DNA of 64,000 bases from Trichoplax sp. H2 (Eukaryota), in assembly GCA_003344405.1 (NCBI GenBank), contig NOWV01000137.1:62001-126000 (forward strand), in the 5' to 3' direction. The position numbers were made by a program, and so were the translations under genes. Under the pieces are notes generated by a model, which saw only the letters and a program-made list of their open reading frames with translations, was not told the DNA's origin and ran no database searches. Numbering within the stretch: the first letter of the stretch is position 1; every line of letters starts with the position of its first letter. This document shows positions 44,478 through 57,448 of the stretch, piece by piece.

Positions 44478-46018
44478 CACTTGCTGCTCAATGACTTTTA
44501 GCTCGCTCTCATGCAGCCAGCCAAGAATGGTAAGTGATACTTTGGATGGCTCGTTGGAGAGGCGGTGTGACACCGCATCACATGTCAACCGACACGGGCG
44601 ATGTCACTGGCTCTACTGACCGTCAAATTGACGTTCAGGTCTACCGTCAATCCAGTAGACTACAGCCTACCGTTAGTAACGGCTGCCTTGCTTGAACGAG
44701 TTGAACATCTGTAGCGCCACAGAGGATCATTTGCACATTGTCCTACACTCCATCGCTGGACTGGACACTGGACAGTGGACACGGTACGGTAGTGGTATAC
44801 TGTACTGTAGAGTGAAGGACGGACTACCGTCCACACAGTGTACACTGTACAGTACTGTAGCAGACAAGGAAAATCCAGCATTGTCCTACAGTACATACTG
44901 TACTGTACTGTACCAGAAAAGGAAAATCCAGTTTTGTCCTACTGTACAGTACACGACGTCGTTGGACTGGACTCGACAGTGGACACGATGCGGTAGTGGT
45001 ACAGAGTGAAGGACGGACTAGTGTACAGTACTGTACAGTGTACACCACGTCGTTGGACTGGACTAGACACTGGACAGTGGACAGTGGACAGTGAGTGGAC
45101 ACGGTACGGTAGTGGTACAGAGTGAAGGACGGACTACTGTGCTGTGCCAGAAAAGGAAAATCCAGCAGTCGATGACATGGACTTCCATCTCTAACACGGA
45201 CTTCTTCGAGTACAGTACAGTACAGTTGTCTATCGAGTCAATTCCAGTGTCACTGAGGCTCATTGTACTGTACACTGTACACTGTACAGCATGTCGTCAC
45301 ACTTCTACAGTATGGTACACTATCTGGGCCACGTAGCATATAGTAATCATACATTTACAGCCAGCACACGAGCACCAAAAAAATGAGACGATAGCCATAG
45401 ACTACTACAAAAGCAAAGTAAAATAAAATGGATCTATCATGTAATCGAATTGATCCGCTACATCTTAGCGATATCCATTTAAAAGCCATGAATAAACAAT
45501 CAATCAACAACAGGATTGTACTGTATGCAGCACTGCTGTACAGTACAGTGTATTGTACAGTATGTACTGTACACTACAGTAGAGACCCTCTAGGAGAGAC
45601 ATGACAATCTACAGTACTGTACTGTACAGTACTGTATTGTTAAAATTAGAGGGTCTCTACAGTACTGTACTGTACACTGTACAGTACAGTGATGCATCGA
45701 GTACTGTAGTGCACACTAGTCAATGACAGTAGCGTACCGTACTGCAAGTATGAAAAGGAGAATGCAACAGTCTCACAGCAGGACAGTACTGCAGTCTACG
45801 GTACCGTACCGGACCGGACCGCACCGGACCGTACCGTACTGGGTCTCGACGGTAATGTTCCCCCCTCAAGACTCAGCGTTCCATCGACTGCTAATTAGGA
45901 CTGGAAACTCTCCTCGGATGGACGGACTTTGCATACCATATTGGGCCGAAAATGTGGGAAAAATAGTGACTCAGTATGGATCTTTCGTGCCTGTTTTCTA
46001 AATCACTCGTACTCATTT
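44478..46018. repeat. ~1.5-kb segment, copy 1 (likely allele 1 of the AIFM1-MAGT1 intergenic region)
   Basis: Begins cacttgctgctcaatgac and ends ...cgtactcattt directly at the N gap; colinear with 46039-47551. Confidence 0.9.
45577..45662. mobile_element. Short TA-flanked inverted-repeat element (Tc1/mariner/pogo-type MITE-like); counterpart at ~47123-47197
   Basis: TA|CAGTAGAGACCCTCTA ... TAGAGGGTCTCTACAG|TA: 16-bp terminal inverted repeat with one mismatch, TA on both sides. Confidence 0.55.
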
Positions 46019-46038
46019 NNNNNNNNNNNNNNNNNNNN
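46019..46038. other. Assembly gap (20 N)
   Basis: Run of N characters. Confidence 1.
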
Positions 46039-47551
46039 CACTTGCTGCTCAATGACTTTTAGCTCGCTCTCATGCAGCCAGCCAAGAATGGTAAGTGATA
46101 CTTTGGATGGCTCGTTGGAGAGGCGGTGTGACACCGCATCACATGTCAACCGACACGGGCGATGTCACTGGCTCTACTGACTGTCAATCCAGTAGACTAC
46201 AGCCTACCGTTAGTAACGGCTGCCTTGCTTGAACGAGTTGAACATCTGTAGCGCCACAGAGGATCATTTGCACATTGTCCTACACTCCATCGCTGGACTG
46301 GACACTGGACAATGGACACGGTACGGTGGTGGTATAGAGTTGTGGACGGACTACCGTCCACACAGTGTACACTCACTGTACAGTACAGTACTGTACAGTA
46401 CTGTAGCAGACAAGGAAAATCCAGCATTGTCCTACAGTACATACTGTACTGTATACTGTACCAGAAAAGGAAAATCCAGTTTTGTCCTACACGACGTCGT
46501 TGGACTGGAACTACTGTGCTGTGCCAGAAAAGGAAATTCCAGCAGTCGATGAAATGGACTTCCATCTCTAACACGGACTTCTTCGAGTACAGTACAGTAC
46601 AGTTGTCTATCGAGTCAATTCCAGTGTCACTGAGGCTCATTGTACAGTACAGTACTGTACACTGTACACTGTACTGTATGTCTAAGATATTTCAGCCGAT
46701 AAATTTTAACATCCAAAAACAAATAAATTTCGGAAAGTGAACAAATAATGCATCAATCGATGGAGAAAGATTGATGTATAATTTGTGCAGAATAAAGGGA
46801 TTCCTTGATTTTGCTTGTTAAAATTTATCGGCTAAAATATCTTAGACATACTGTACAGCATGTCGTCACACTTCTACAGTATGTTACACTATCTGGGCCC
46901 CGTAGCATATAGTAATCATACATTTACAGCCAGCACACAAGCATCAAAAAAATGAGACGATAGCCATAGACTACAAAAGCAAAGTAAAATAAAATGGATC
47001 TATCATGTAATCGAATTGATCCGCTACATCTTAGCGATATCCATTTAAAAGCCATGAATAAACAATCAACCAACAACAGGATTGTACTGTACACTGTACA
47101 GTACAGTGTATGTACTGTACACTAGAGACCCTCTAGGAGAGACGTGACAATCTACTGTACTGTACTGTACTGTACTATTAAAATTAGAGGGTCTCTACCA
47201 TGGTCTCTACTGTACTGTACTGTACAGTACAGTGATGCATCGAGTACTGTAGTGCACACTAGTCAATGACAGTAGCGTACTGTACTGTACTGCAAGTATG
47301 AAAAGGAGAATGCAACAGTCTCACAGCAGGACAGTACTGCAGTCTACGGTACCGTACCGGACCGTACCGTACTGGGTCTGGACGGTAATGTTCCCCCCTC
47401 AAGACTCAGCGTTCCATCGACTGCTAATTAGGACTGGAAACTCTCCTCGGATGGACGGACTTTTCATACCATATTGGGCCGAAAATATGGGAAAAATAGT
47501 GACTCAGTATGGATCTTTCGTGCCTGTTTTCTAAATCACTCGTACTCATTT
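46039..47551. repeat. ~1.5-kb segment, copy 2 (likely allele 2)
   Basis: Starts immediately after the gap with cacttgctgctc; same 3' boundary cgtactcattt. Differs from copy 1 by substitutions, short-unit indels, loss of an internal duplication and a 180-bp insertion. Confidence 0.9.
46674..46853. mobile_element. 180-bp MITE, Tc1/mariner superfamily type, TA target-site duplication, present in copy 2 only
   Basis: TIRs C(T/A)GTATGTCTAAGATATTT(C/T)AGCCGATAAATTTTAACA at both ends. Filled site actgtacactgTA[element]TAcagcatgtcg versus empty site actgtacactgTAcagcatgtcg at ~45275-45296 in copy 1. Confidence 0.9.
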
Positions 47552-48049
47552 GAATAACATTCATGATCGAAATAGACTCCTTCTACGTACAGCTTAGTAA
47601 CAGGTAATGGAATACAATGTAAAATGAACCGAATAAAAATCAGTCCATTCAGAATCCACTCTCTCCATACTAAAGTACTATGATAATGAAGTGTTGGATA
47701 CCATTTCTTGGCAAAATCCAGTCCAATGTCTGTCCGTCCAACTGAGGTTCAAGTCCTGGTATGTTTTTTCTCCTACTGTACTGCACATCTTGGATAAATT
47801 GTTAGCAAAATAAATGTCACTAATACACAGTTAAATTGATATAGATACGCGACATTCTTTTCATCAAGATTGTGGATAAAGAATCTGGCTGGATTGAATA
47901 TTGGAACAAATCCATGAGGAGTCGTTAACCCTTAGCTGTCAATGACTCTATGTTGAATACCACAGCAAGCGTAGTAATGTATTGACTAGCAAGGGTCTGT
48001 TCTAACCGGCCACGACAGACCAGTGCTCGTCGATACAAAACTAGCCAAC

Positions 48050-50720
48050 ATGGCGAACAACAAAATCTGGCTAGTAATGACACTTTTAGTCATCATTTCC
48101 TTATGGGGCTTGTCGGATAGTGCTAAAAAGAAAGAAAAGAAAGAGGTAAGCATGGATGCATCCTTGCTAGAAGGATAAAAACAAGACTACAGATGTACAG
48201 TAGTTGCCCCAATCGGTCGATCGCTACTCTGGCGGGTTATCGATGCTACCGGCAGTTGACCAGTCAGGCCAGTCTGCTCATCGACAAACCCATCTGCCAA
48301 AGCTTGATGCGGTCCTGTCGTTTCCGTGTAAGCCACTCAACTTTTACCATCTTCTTTTGATAGGCTCAATTAAATAATAAAATCAAGCAGTTATTAGAAT
48401 GGAATATGAGACGATCGATTATTCGTATGAATGGCGAAAAGTTTAAAACGTACATCAAAAGTGGACCTCGAAATTATTCCGTCATCGTCATGTTGACGGC
48501 GTTAGCTCCTCAACGTCAATGCTCCATTTGCAGGTTGTTCACAGTCATCAATTTAATTCAATTCAGCTCATAACATGATAATGAAATCATGATAGAATGA
48601 AGAATAACAGTCGATCATGTTTGTATATTGCAGAAGAGATTGCTCTATCATACGAGATCATGAAATGCTTTGATCTCTTTAAGTTAACAGTTTGCAGACA
48701 TGCTCCATTTTAGTTGCAAAATAATCTTGTAATCAATCTGGATAAAGTACTCTACGTTACAAGTGGTACAATATCTTACTGAGAAAACTCTGGATACTTT
48801 GTTTAAAGAATATGCAAGTAGTCATAGTTGTATTACAGTAGATTACAGTTAGTATCCTATCTTTACTGACTAGGTTCTGTCTAGTGGCTTATGCTATTCC
48901 GATCCGCTTGATTTGTAATATTCCTTCTACGCTATTTTGCCTATTTCATATGACAGGGTCGCAAACGATGAATATAAGGTTGTCGCTGACTCATGGAGAA
49001 CGTCGCAAATGTATTCTTCTAAACTTTTCTTTGCTGTAGTAGATTTTGATGAGGGCCAGGATGTATTCGCTACGGTAAGGAATACATCATTGTCACTTAT
49101 GACGTATCTTACCACACTTGTTGGTAGAATCAAAGTGTTTTTAACAAACTGTGGTTGTAAAATGTACATGCACAAAATCTTCATGACAATTCTGTCACCT
49201 AAGACCTATTTCAACTTTTCCTAATGCAACCCAATTGGATCAAATAGCTCAAGTTACAATCTGCCCCTACCTTTATCCATTTTCCTCCTCGAGGCGGTCG
49301 AAAGAAAGCAGATACGTTTGATATACAAAGGTAATAATTTGTTATTACTGCTAGCGCTTTACTTCTACTACTACGAAATGATTCATTAGTAAAATGCACT
49401 TGATAAATTCTTCTTTACACGAGTGGAAGGATTGAATACATTGTTAGGTCTACATTAACGTAATGATCAAGTGGGGTTCATATAGGGTAGCGTTGTAAAC
49501 TGCTCAGATGATTATGAGACTTGTTGCTGCTGGAGCACTGTTGACTACATTGTAATCAATCACAACCATGGGTGACGGACTTGCTTATCAACATAAGTTT
49601 ATATTAAACAGGCATGGAATATCTGCTGAAGGCATGGCTAAATGGATAGGTGAAAGAACTGACATCCATGTAAGTAACATACTTGTAGGTTATACACTAT
49701 CAGGTCCAAGTGGCAATAGAGTCTTCTAACTTTATCATACCATTTCATTAGATCCACGTCTTTAGGCCACCAAACTATGCCGGTACATTAGCTCTCGGTT
49801 TTCTTCTCACACTCATTGGCAGCTTGCTGTACATGAGGCGAAAGAATTTAGAATTTTTGTACAACAAATCTTACTGGGCTATGGCAGCACTGGTGAGTTG
49901 ACTTAGCTATTAAGTTGGTTCACTTTCTAACCAAGTTCTTAATAATCTAGTTAGAGTATTGCGTTCATCGCATTTGATACGATGATCACTTTAAGTACAG
50001 TGGTAGCTTCTACGTTAGATAGATATCTGACGTTGCTCTCTTATTGTCCTTCATTTAGTTTATCGTATACTGTATGACATCGGGACAAATGTGGAATCAT
50101 ATACGTGGACCACCCTACGCTCCGCGCAACCCTCAAACCGGAGAAATTTCCTATTTCCATGGTGGTAGTCAGGGCCAGTTTATCGTTGAAACTCATATTG
50201 TTGCGATTTTATGTATCCTTTTAAATCAGTTTGAATGTATTCCATAGAGTCTTCAGAAAACTATATGTACTAGTCAATAGAATAAGTTTCCTGAATGGAT
50301 TGTCTTTACATGTTGATAAAAGCTGTCTACTAACGATAACTTGCCGAACAATCCTTAACTTCATGTTCCGTAAAGATGTAATATTTTTTTTTGGCGTTTT
50401 GATACTGAACGAGAAAGTGCCGACAACAGACGACTCACGCAAGAAACAACGTAAGCGCATGGACAATTTCGATAATATTTTCATCAGCTGTACGAAACTG
50501 ATACAGTCTTCTTACTATTTCCTATATAGTGTTTGCTATGGCTGGTCTGGGCATCGTGATATTTTTCTTTAGTTTACTGCTATCTATATTCCGATCAAAA
50601 TATCACGGATATCCATACAGGTGTGTGATTAAACTAGTTTTTCTCTACTCTGTTCGTGTACGGGTAGAAGAAAGATTCTCATTAGATTTATCATTATTTT
50701 TTAGCTTGCTTATCAGATGA
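48050..50720 (+). CDS. MAGT1: Oligosaccharyltransferase OST3/OST6-family subunit (MAGT1/TUSC3 co-orthologue), 10 exons
   Basis: Signal peptide [47 protein letters not shown] (CxxC); [81 protein letters not shown]. Confidence 0.95.
50213..50375 (+). other. U12-type (minor spliceosome) GT-AG intron in MAGT1/TUSC3
   Basis: 5' splice site GTATCCTTTT at 50213; branch site TCCTTAAC at 50352-50359; AG at 50374-50375. Splicing restores the frame ...HIVAIL(Y)[12 protein letters not shown]. Confidence 0.92.
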
Positions 50721-52350
50721 AAATATTTCTGGTGGAAGCCCTAATGCCTATAGGAAGACTTTGTAATAAGTCGTTTATTTGAATCACTTCATTATCAAAT
50801 TTGATCGTCTATCAACGGTTATATATCTTTACCTATTAATTAATTCCTCCCCACACTCTATAGCTGGTTGTAACTATATTTGCTGTATATCTGTCCCTGC
50901 AATTTACTGTATATCTCCTTTTAATAATACAATAACTGTAAGGATGGAATTTTTATATGCACTGAAGGGAAATAAATGCAGTCAAATACCATAAAAAAAT
51001 GTGGGGAGGTTAATACTTCTATGGGTAATGCATACACCATAGTCTTGACTCTTTCCGTTCTGCTGTAGTATTTAATGCCACTACTTTCATGAATGAATAA
51101 TGTTTATAATGATTCCATTATAATAATTATTATTATCCAGCCTCTATAAGACGCAGTAGACTATCGTCAAATTGACAAAAACAAATTTTTAACGTTAAAA
51201 CTGTAGCAACATCACCATATGCAGCCTATGTTATAGACTAACTAATGGTAATGGAGAAATATAGTCACAGATAATAGTAATTTTCTCAAATTTATAAGTT
51301 ACAGTTTGTTGAATGATCAATCATTTTGCCAAAGACTTTGAAATTAGTATCCCTATTGACAAAGTTACTCGTTCATGATATGTGCAAATCCTCATCATTA
51401 TGTAATATAAATAGTATCAGTAATGAATTTGCTCGCTGGCCGGATTGCTTTGGCAAAATATAAATTCTTTGAACTGTAAATTGCTCAGTGGTCACTATAC
51501 ATTATGGATTTCATTGGATTAATGTGAACATTTATACCCTTCTTAAAGAATCTGGACTGCGAAATAATCACCTACAGTACATAAAGCACATCTAGATTGA
51601 ACTTAAACTAATAGTGATAGTTATGTAGCGGTTGAATTAAGTAGGGAATAAGTAGGCTAAGATAAACAGGTATTTCTAATTGTCCTTTTAGTAATCAGGA
51701 ACTATTCAGAGTAGTCAGTTAATTTCAGTTCCAATACAGAATTATTTTACAGCCATGCACTATGTAGAAATTATTCTGGCGTTTGCAGATTTAGCTGTTG
51801 AGTTTAGCATACGTGCATATCATGAAAGTGGGGGTGTTAACGTCGACAAAAGTATCCATAATGACTCTTATTTGCTTATGTACAGTATAAAAAATATCAA
51901 ACTATAAAATAAGAAAATGAATTTAGTTTTTCAAGCTTTTACTTGATTATAATTACAGATTGATTACAATGCAAGTAGTAATTGATAGCATACGGCAATT
52001 GTAGAAGAAAATACGCTTACACGTGAGACTCTTATCACTTTAAAAGTTATGAGTATAGCAAAAATAATGTAGTACTGTAGAGAATAGTTGTATATGGCGT
52101 TGATTTTGCTAGGACCTAAAAAATACCTGCAACGATCTATCAAAATTTTAAAATTATGTAATACATAAACTATCTTATCTGGGTCAAAATTAATTTTGCC
52201 AGTGACCATAGAGCAGTTATATATTTAACCAACGCGAGATAAATACATTCTAATATCAAAACAATTCATTAGTACGGCTGATTTCCTTCAATATGAGTAT
52301 GGATAGGATAGCTATAAGCTTGTCTTTCATCAGAGTCTCAATAACAGTCC

Positions 52351-55278
52351 TTAAAAGAATAACCAAAATAAGGAAACAAAAATTGGAGCATTCTTTTGCA
52401 AATCTTGTTGGCGGGAAAAATTTGGATCTAATTGATTTTCGTAGTTTTCCAGAACATCTTTCAATTTACGATTATCGTTTAAAACATTTATGATCTCTTT
52501 CTCTTTTTGCTCAATCACAATTCGTAATTGTTCTCGTCGCTCCTCTGCATCCACCAACATATCTTTGCATTGGGTTAACATTTGACGACATTGCTCCCCT
52601 TCTGTTTTAGCTTCTTGTAGAAATTCCTGAGTATGTTGTAAAGATTGCATAATGTTGTTGTTATCATCTTTGGCATGCTGTAATTCTTGCATACAACAGA
52701 CAACTTGCGATTTTAGCTCATGATTCTTTTCATTTAATTGATCTATTTTTAAGTCTTTCTCTTTCAATAATGCTTGCAATTGAACGGATTCTTGTTTTTG
52801 TAGTTGCAACTCTTCTTCGCGTTCTATCAAAGTTTCCTTAAGCGCTTGAACTTCTTCTTTATATATTGCATATTCTACTTCTCTTTCATCTGATTCTTTG
52901 ATTAATGCTTGATTTGTTTGCGTCATATTGGATAATTCATGCGCTGTCTGCTTTTGTAAAGCTAGTAATTCTTCTTTTTCCTTCTTTATTTGTTCTAATC
53001 GTTCCTTGGCTTCTTTTAAGGATGATCGAAAGCCATCAACAGTATCTTCATGTTCAGTAATGGTCGATAAACCATTACTTGTAGATTGATTTCCATCCGT
53101 TAAATCTTGACCTGTGCTTTGCTCCTTTGAAATATGAAATATTAAGAGGTTATTGGTAGTTACCAAAGGATATTATGAGGACAAAGACTTTGAAATAAAC
53201 CTAAATAGATTCTTAAAGTAGTATACACGAGATCGAGTAATTCAGTTTAAGAGACTTTCACTCATTAAATTAAATGGTTATTGAGATTTCTTCTTAACGG
53301 ATGTTTTGCCAACTATTTTGAGATCATGGTCAGGGCTGATTACAACGGAATCATCTACATAGCGACAATAATTTTAAAGGTGGAACTAGCCATTGCCATA
53401 AGCTATGGCAAGTAACTTTAAACTATAACTAACCGTTATTATAGCAAGATTACTTGATTTTTTATTTGACTGTAATTTATCTTACGTATTATAACCATAG
53501 GATGGGTTATGGGGTTATGTGAAACACTTGAAATTTATCGATCCTATTGATGATGTTGTAAAGCTTACATCGTATCCTTCTAACTTCTAACTTATCTGTT
53601 AATCCTTAAAATACTAATTATGCTGATGGTATCTTACTCGATGGAATTGATGATATATATTACAAATTAATGAAGACACTAAGGTTACAGGCTATATACT
53701 TACAATTCCTGATAAATCATCAATTTCAATCAAGGAATCATTCATGCTTTTAGTAAGACGAAGACCTTCTTGGGATTCCTATGTTGTTCGAAATAAAAGC
53801 TGGTTATCGTTAAAGAACACAAATCAGCCATAATAACTGCTTGGCTTCCATAACAAGCTTAACTTTAAATTGAATAACAACTATTTCTGACTAATTTTAA
53901 CTACCTATGTAAGAGAAGATTACAAACAGTATTCTATTGTAGATCATCTGCAGTCCAATCGGAAGAGGGAAATAGAACTAGCTTATACTGTTAAACTGCT
54001 CGCTTTTCTACTTTATGATATTTAAATTGTTTTACAGCTTTACTAGCAAGTAGATGATATACCAATATCAGTCTCTACTCGATATCATAGTAAGTTATAT
54101 ACTTTCCGAGGAAGCTAGATCGTAAATCAACATAAATAGTTAAACACATCTATTACCGCAACAATCTTGCCTATATACATACTTCGCATCTCAAAAGCTA
54201 TATCCTTCTTAAGCAACTGGGTTGTAAACTAACATATTAAAACAAACCTATTTAACCTCTAGGATCTCGCCTATACTCCATACTGTCATAATTTTTATAC
54301 TTTACAATTTCTAGAAACGTATTTTAGCCTAGCTGCTAGTAATTGGATCTTAAATCAACATATTGAAGCAAATCTACCAAGCCTCCTGATCTTTACTGCA
54401 ATAGTTATACAATGTATTTTGATAGCAATTGCATCGTGAACCGACACATGTAAACTACTTTATTTAATACCTACGAACTTGCCTATTCTTCATACTGTAA
54501 CAGTTATATTGCTATAAGTAACTGGATTGTAAATTAGTATATCTAAGCTATCCTATTTGATTTCTATAATCCTACGTATACTCGATATCGTAATATGTCC
54601 AACGATTACTAGACATAGTTAAGAATTTAGCATATATCTGACTTTATGAACTTGCAAAATATGCCCAGATTCAGCAGCTTTGAATATACAACAATTCTTG
54701 TAATTACCAGACTTTACCCTCATTCTACAGTACTATAGAAATCTTATTCTCAGTTTCATAATATTCATCAGCGCAAGTATCTTACCTCTGGGATAGGGCT
54801 GGAAGGGAAAATACCTCCACTGCTTCTACTTCGCTTTAACGATAAATCCTATAAGATTTGGCGGTATAAAATCCAGGATTAGCAAGTGAGTTTATTATGT
54901 AAAGATTTCTTATTTTGAACATTCGTGCAACATAAAATATACTCCAAGGCGAAACTGCAATAATCACAGATCAATTTCTATTGCTTATGCTATGCAATTC
55001 GTCACCGTACATAAAATGGCAAGTATGAATTACCCTTTGGAATGGCGAACTTTGTACAATCAAAGTCTGCAAAGCGGTATCAAGCCAACCGCTATAGTAG
55101 GGAAATATTCATTATATTAAAAACATACGAAAGAATCCAAGGAAGACATAAGTAAAAAGAGAGAAACTCATATTTATTTTGGAAGAGGCTAAGAATCACT
55201 AGCCTGTGATACTTACCCAAGTGGGGATAATTTATTCGCCGATTCTTCGGCTCCGGTATTATCCGAATTACCAGGCAT
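52351..55278 (-). CDS. Uncharacterised coiled-coil protein, multi-exon
   Basis: In-phase exons ~55278-55217 (MPGNSDNTGAEESANKLSPL), ~55091-55034 (GWLDTALQTLIVQSSPFQR), ~54848-54786 (DLSLKRSRSSGGIFPSSPIPE), ~53778-53704 (ESQEGLRLTKSMNDSLIEIDDLSGI), then a ~775-nt exon from ~53125 rich in E/Q/K/L heptads. All have AG/GTAAG-type ends. Start and true C-terminus are uncertain. Confidence 0.7.
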
Positions 55279-56892
55279 AGTATCCTAATATAAAAATTTA
55301 AAGAGTCAGAAGCTAAATCTATCGATGATACTGAATATACTTAAGAGTTATACTAATATACCCTATAAATAACCGGAAATGAAGACGGAAAGTTCTACTT
55401 ATTTGTTCAAAGCCTATGGCTTGGTTATGCCAACGGCTATTGATGTCATTAAATTACTTTAATCTTTTCCTAAAGGATAGATAGGCCGATATTTACATTG
55501 GCAGGAATCAACTGATGGCATAAGAAAATTTCCTAATTCCCCCTATAATGCTATAGTAACTTTTTACTTGTTGCGACTGCCCATAAATAGAATAAATTCC
55601 AATTAATCAGATCGTCACCAAAGTGAGGATTGATCAATGTTTAAAATTTGATCGGTATAATTGCAGCAGTTGTATGAACAAGCGGATATTGATAGCGGTT
55701 GTTACTTCGCCATTCTAAATCTCAAAACTACATCAAATTCTTGACTTTGGGAAGTGATCGTACCATATTTTTTATATTATTGAATCATACTTCAGGAGTC
55801 ATTTATAAGATTACGGAAGCCTGGGTAATTGATAGCTACTCGGTTTAACGACTAAAATTGATACTGTTTCGTTACAGGATAACATATGCTAAGATCATTA
55901 AGACTTCCTGATATTCTCTATGTACATATATGCATAACCTTTAGAACGTGAATGTGCTTGCATAGCAGCAAAAGGAGCTACCGATAATATGGAAAAGTCT
56001 AATGTCAACTTTGCTAACGTACAATATAGTTATTAAACTACTTCAATTTTCAGAGTTATATCCGTCAACTATAATATTGTAAGTAGGATAACAAAGATAA
56101 AATTCTCTAATTAAATAGTAAACGCAATTAATAATAAAAATGCTTAATGGATAAATTGATTGGAAAGGAGTAAGAAATTAACTATCGAAATGGATCATCG
56201 TACAAAATGACTCTGTAGTATAGTATACGCAGAAACAAAAAACTTGAATTCTATTTACTTACACAATGAATCCTTGAATTGAACAACAGACGCTTAAAAT
56301 GACCAGTAATACTGTTGTTAGGATATCTTAGCGACTGCTTGTAATAATGGAAAGATGTTCATAGATTAGCAATCAGGCTATAAATTAGATTTTTATTAAT
56401 ATCATTGTAATGCTTATGAATTTAGTCGTTTAAATTTAATTCAATTTATGCAGCTTCGATACCTCATTAATCCATTCGAATTAAAGAACACCTAAGAAAG
56501 AAATAGAAAAGGGCTATTAATTTAATCCCATCATGTGACGCTAATTAAAATAACCTTTGAACATCCGATCAAAGTGCAATTTGTTATTTACGCGTCAAAG
56601 AATTTTGTTAAGATTCATTGGACCTTCACAGACATTGGGAAATTTTTATAAGCTCTTCATCAAGCTGGTCGGATGCTTGCAAACTGAATGCTATTGTTAT
56701 TATAAGCTAGCATATACAATGATAAACTAATCAAAATATAAATATTGTCAAATGATACTTATAGTCTCAGAAAGTTGAGAATGGATTAAATTAGAAATTC
56801 TCAAAATAGTCAAGCCAGAGGGTTATAAGTAGTAGATTTAGGATTTAAAAATTGAATAGTCGCTACTCAATTAGAGAAATGCCAGCCAGCCT

Positions 56893-56925
56893 CCCTACGA
56901 GCAGCGCAGGGGTATTTATACTATT
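56893..56925 (+). mobile_element. Possible degenerate Helitron 3' end
   Basis: GC hairpin CCCTACG-agcag-CGCAGGG, then 9 nt, then CTAT|T (one change from CTAG|T). Confidence 0.3.
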
Positions 56926-57448
56926 GTTAGATGACTCTGATTATGGGTTCATTTCAATAGGTCAGTATAAGATTCTTACTGTACTTTTTACCTCAAGATT
57001 TCTTCATGTAAAACGAATAGCTCTAAGGTAGTAATTTCTACAGAGTACTGATTTTTGAAATAGTATTTGTTATATCACTAAGGGTGGCCACTGGGCCTTT
57101 AAGTTATGATTTGATGTAATACTCTGATGAAAATTGAATAAACATAGAATCTTTATAGAGTTTTCTACTCAGCCATTTTGATTATTACATTTTTTTATAA
57201 CGGTTGTTATCGAATACTCAAGCGATCCTTAGACACATTATAATGATTGGTATAGAATTGACCACAGGACTAAGGGCATTGTACCGCACTGTAGATATCT
57301 TACAGTACCTGCTAATCTTAACTTGGCATATCCATCACCGTACATTAGTTATCATAATGTGCTTTGGACCATTAACTAATCTTAATATAGCATAGTACAT
57401 TACTATTACCGGGATATATAACATATATATTATCGAATGATAATACTA

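Noticed and set aside
44660-47534. Many overlapping ORFs rich in TVQYSTV/YCTVLYC
   Set aside because: Artefacts of the 5-bp repeat runs; frames are not maintained between the two copies.
53165-53173. ATATCCTTT (U12 AT-AC donor) on the minus strand
   Set aside because: It lies inside an intron just upstream of a normal AG acceptor, with no matching exon or branch site.
53262-53356. Extra exon of the coiled-coil gene
   Set aside because: Phase does not match the neighbouring exons and the reading runs into stop codons.
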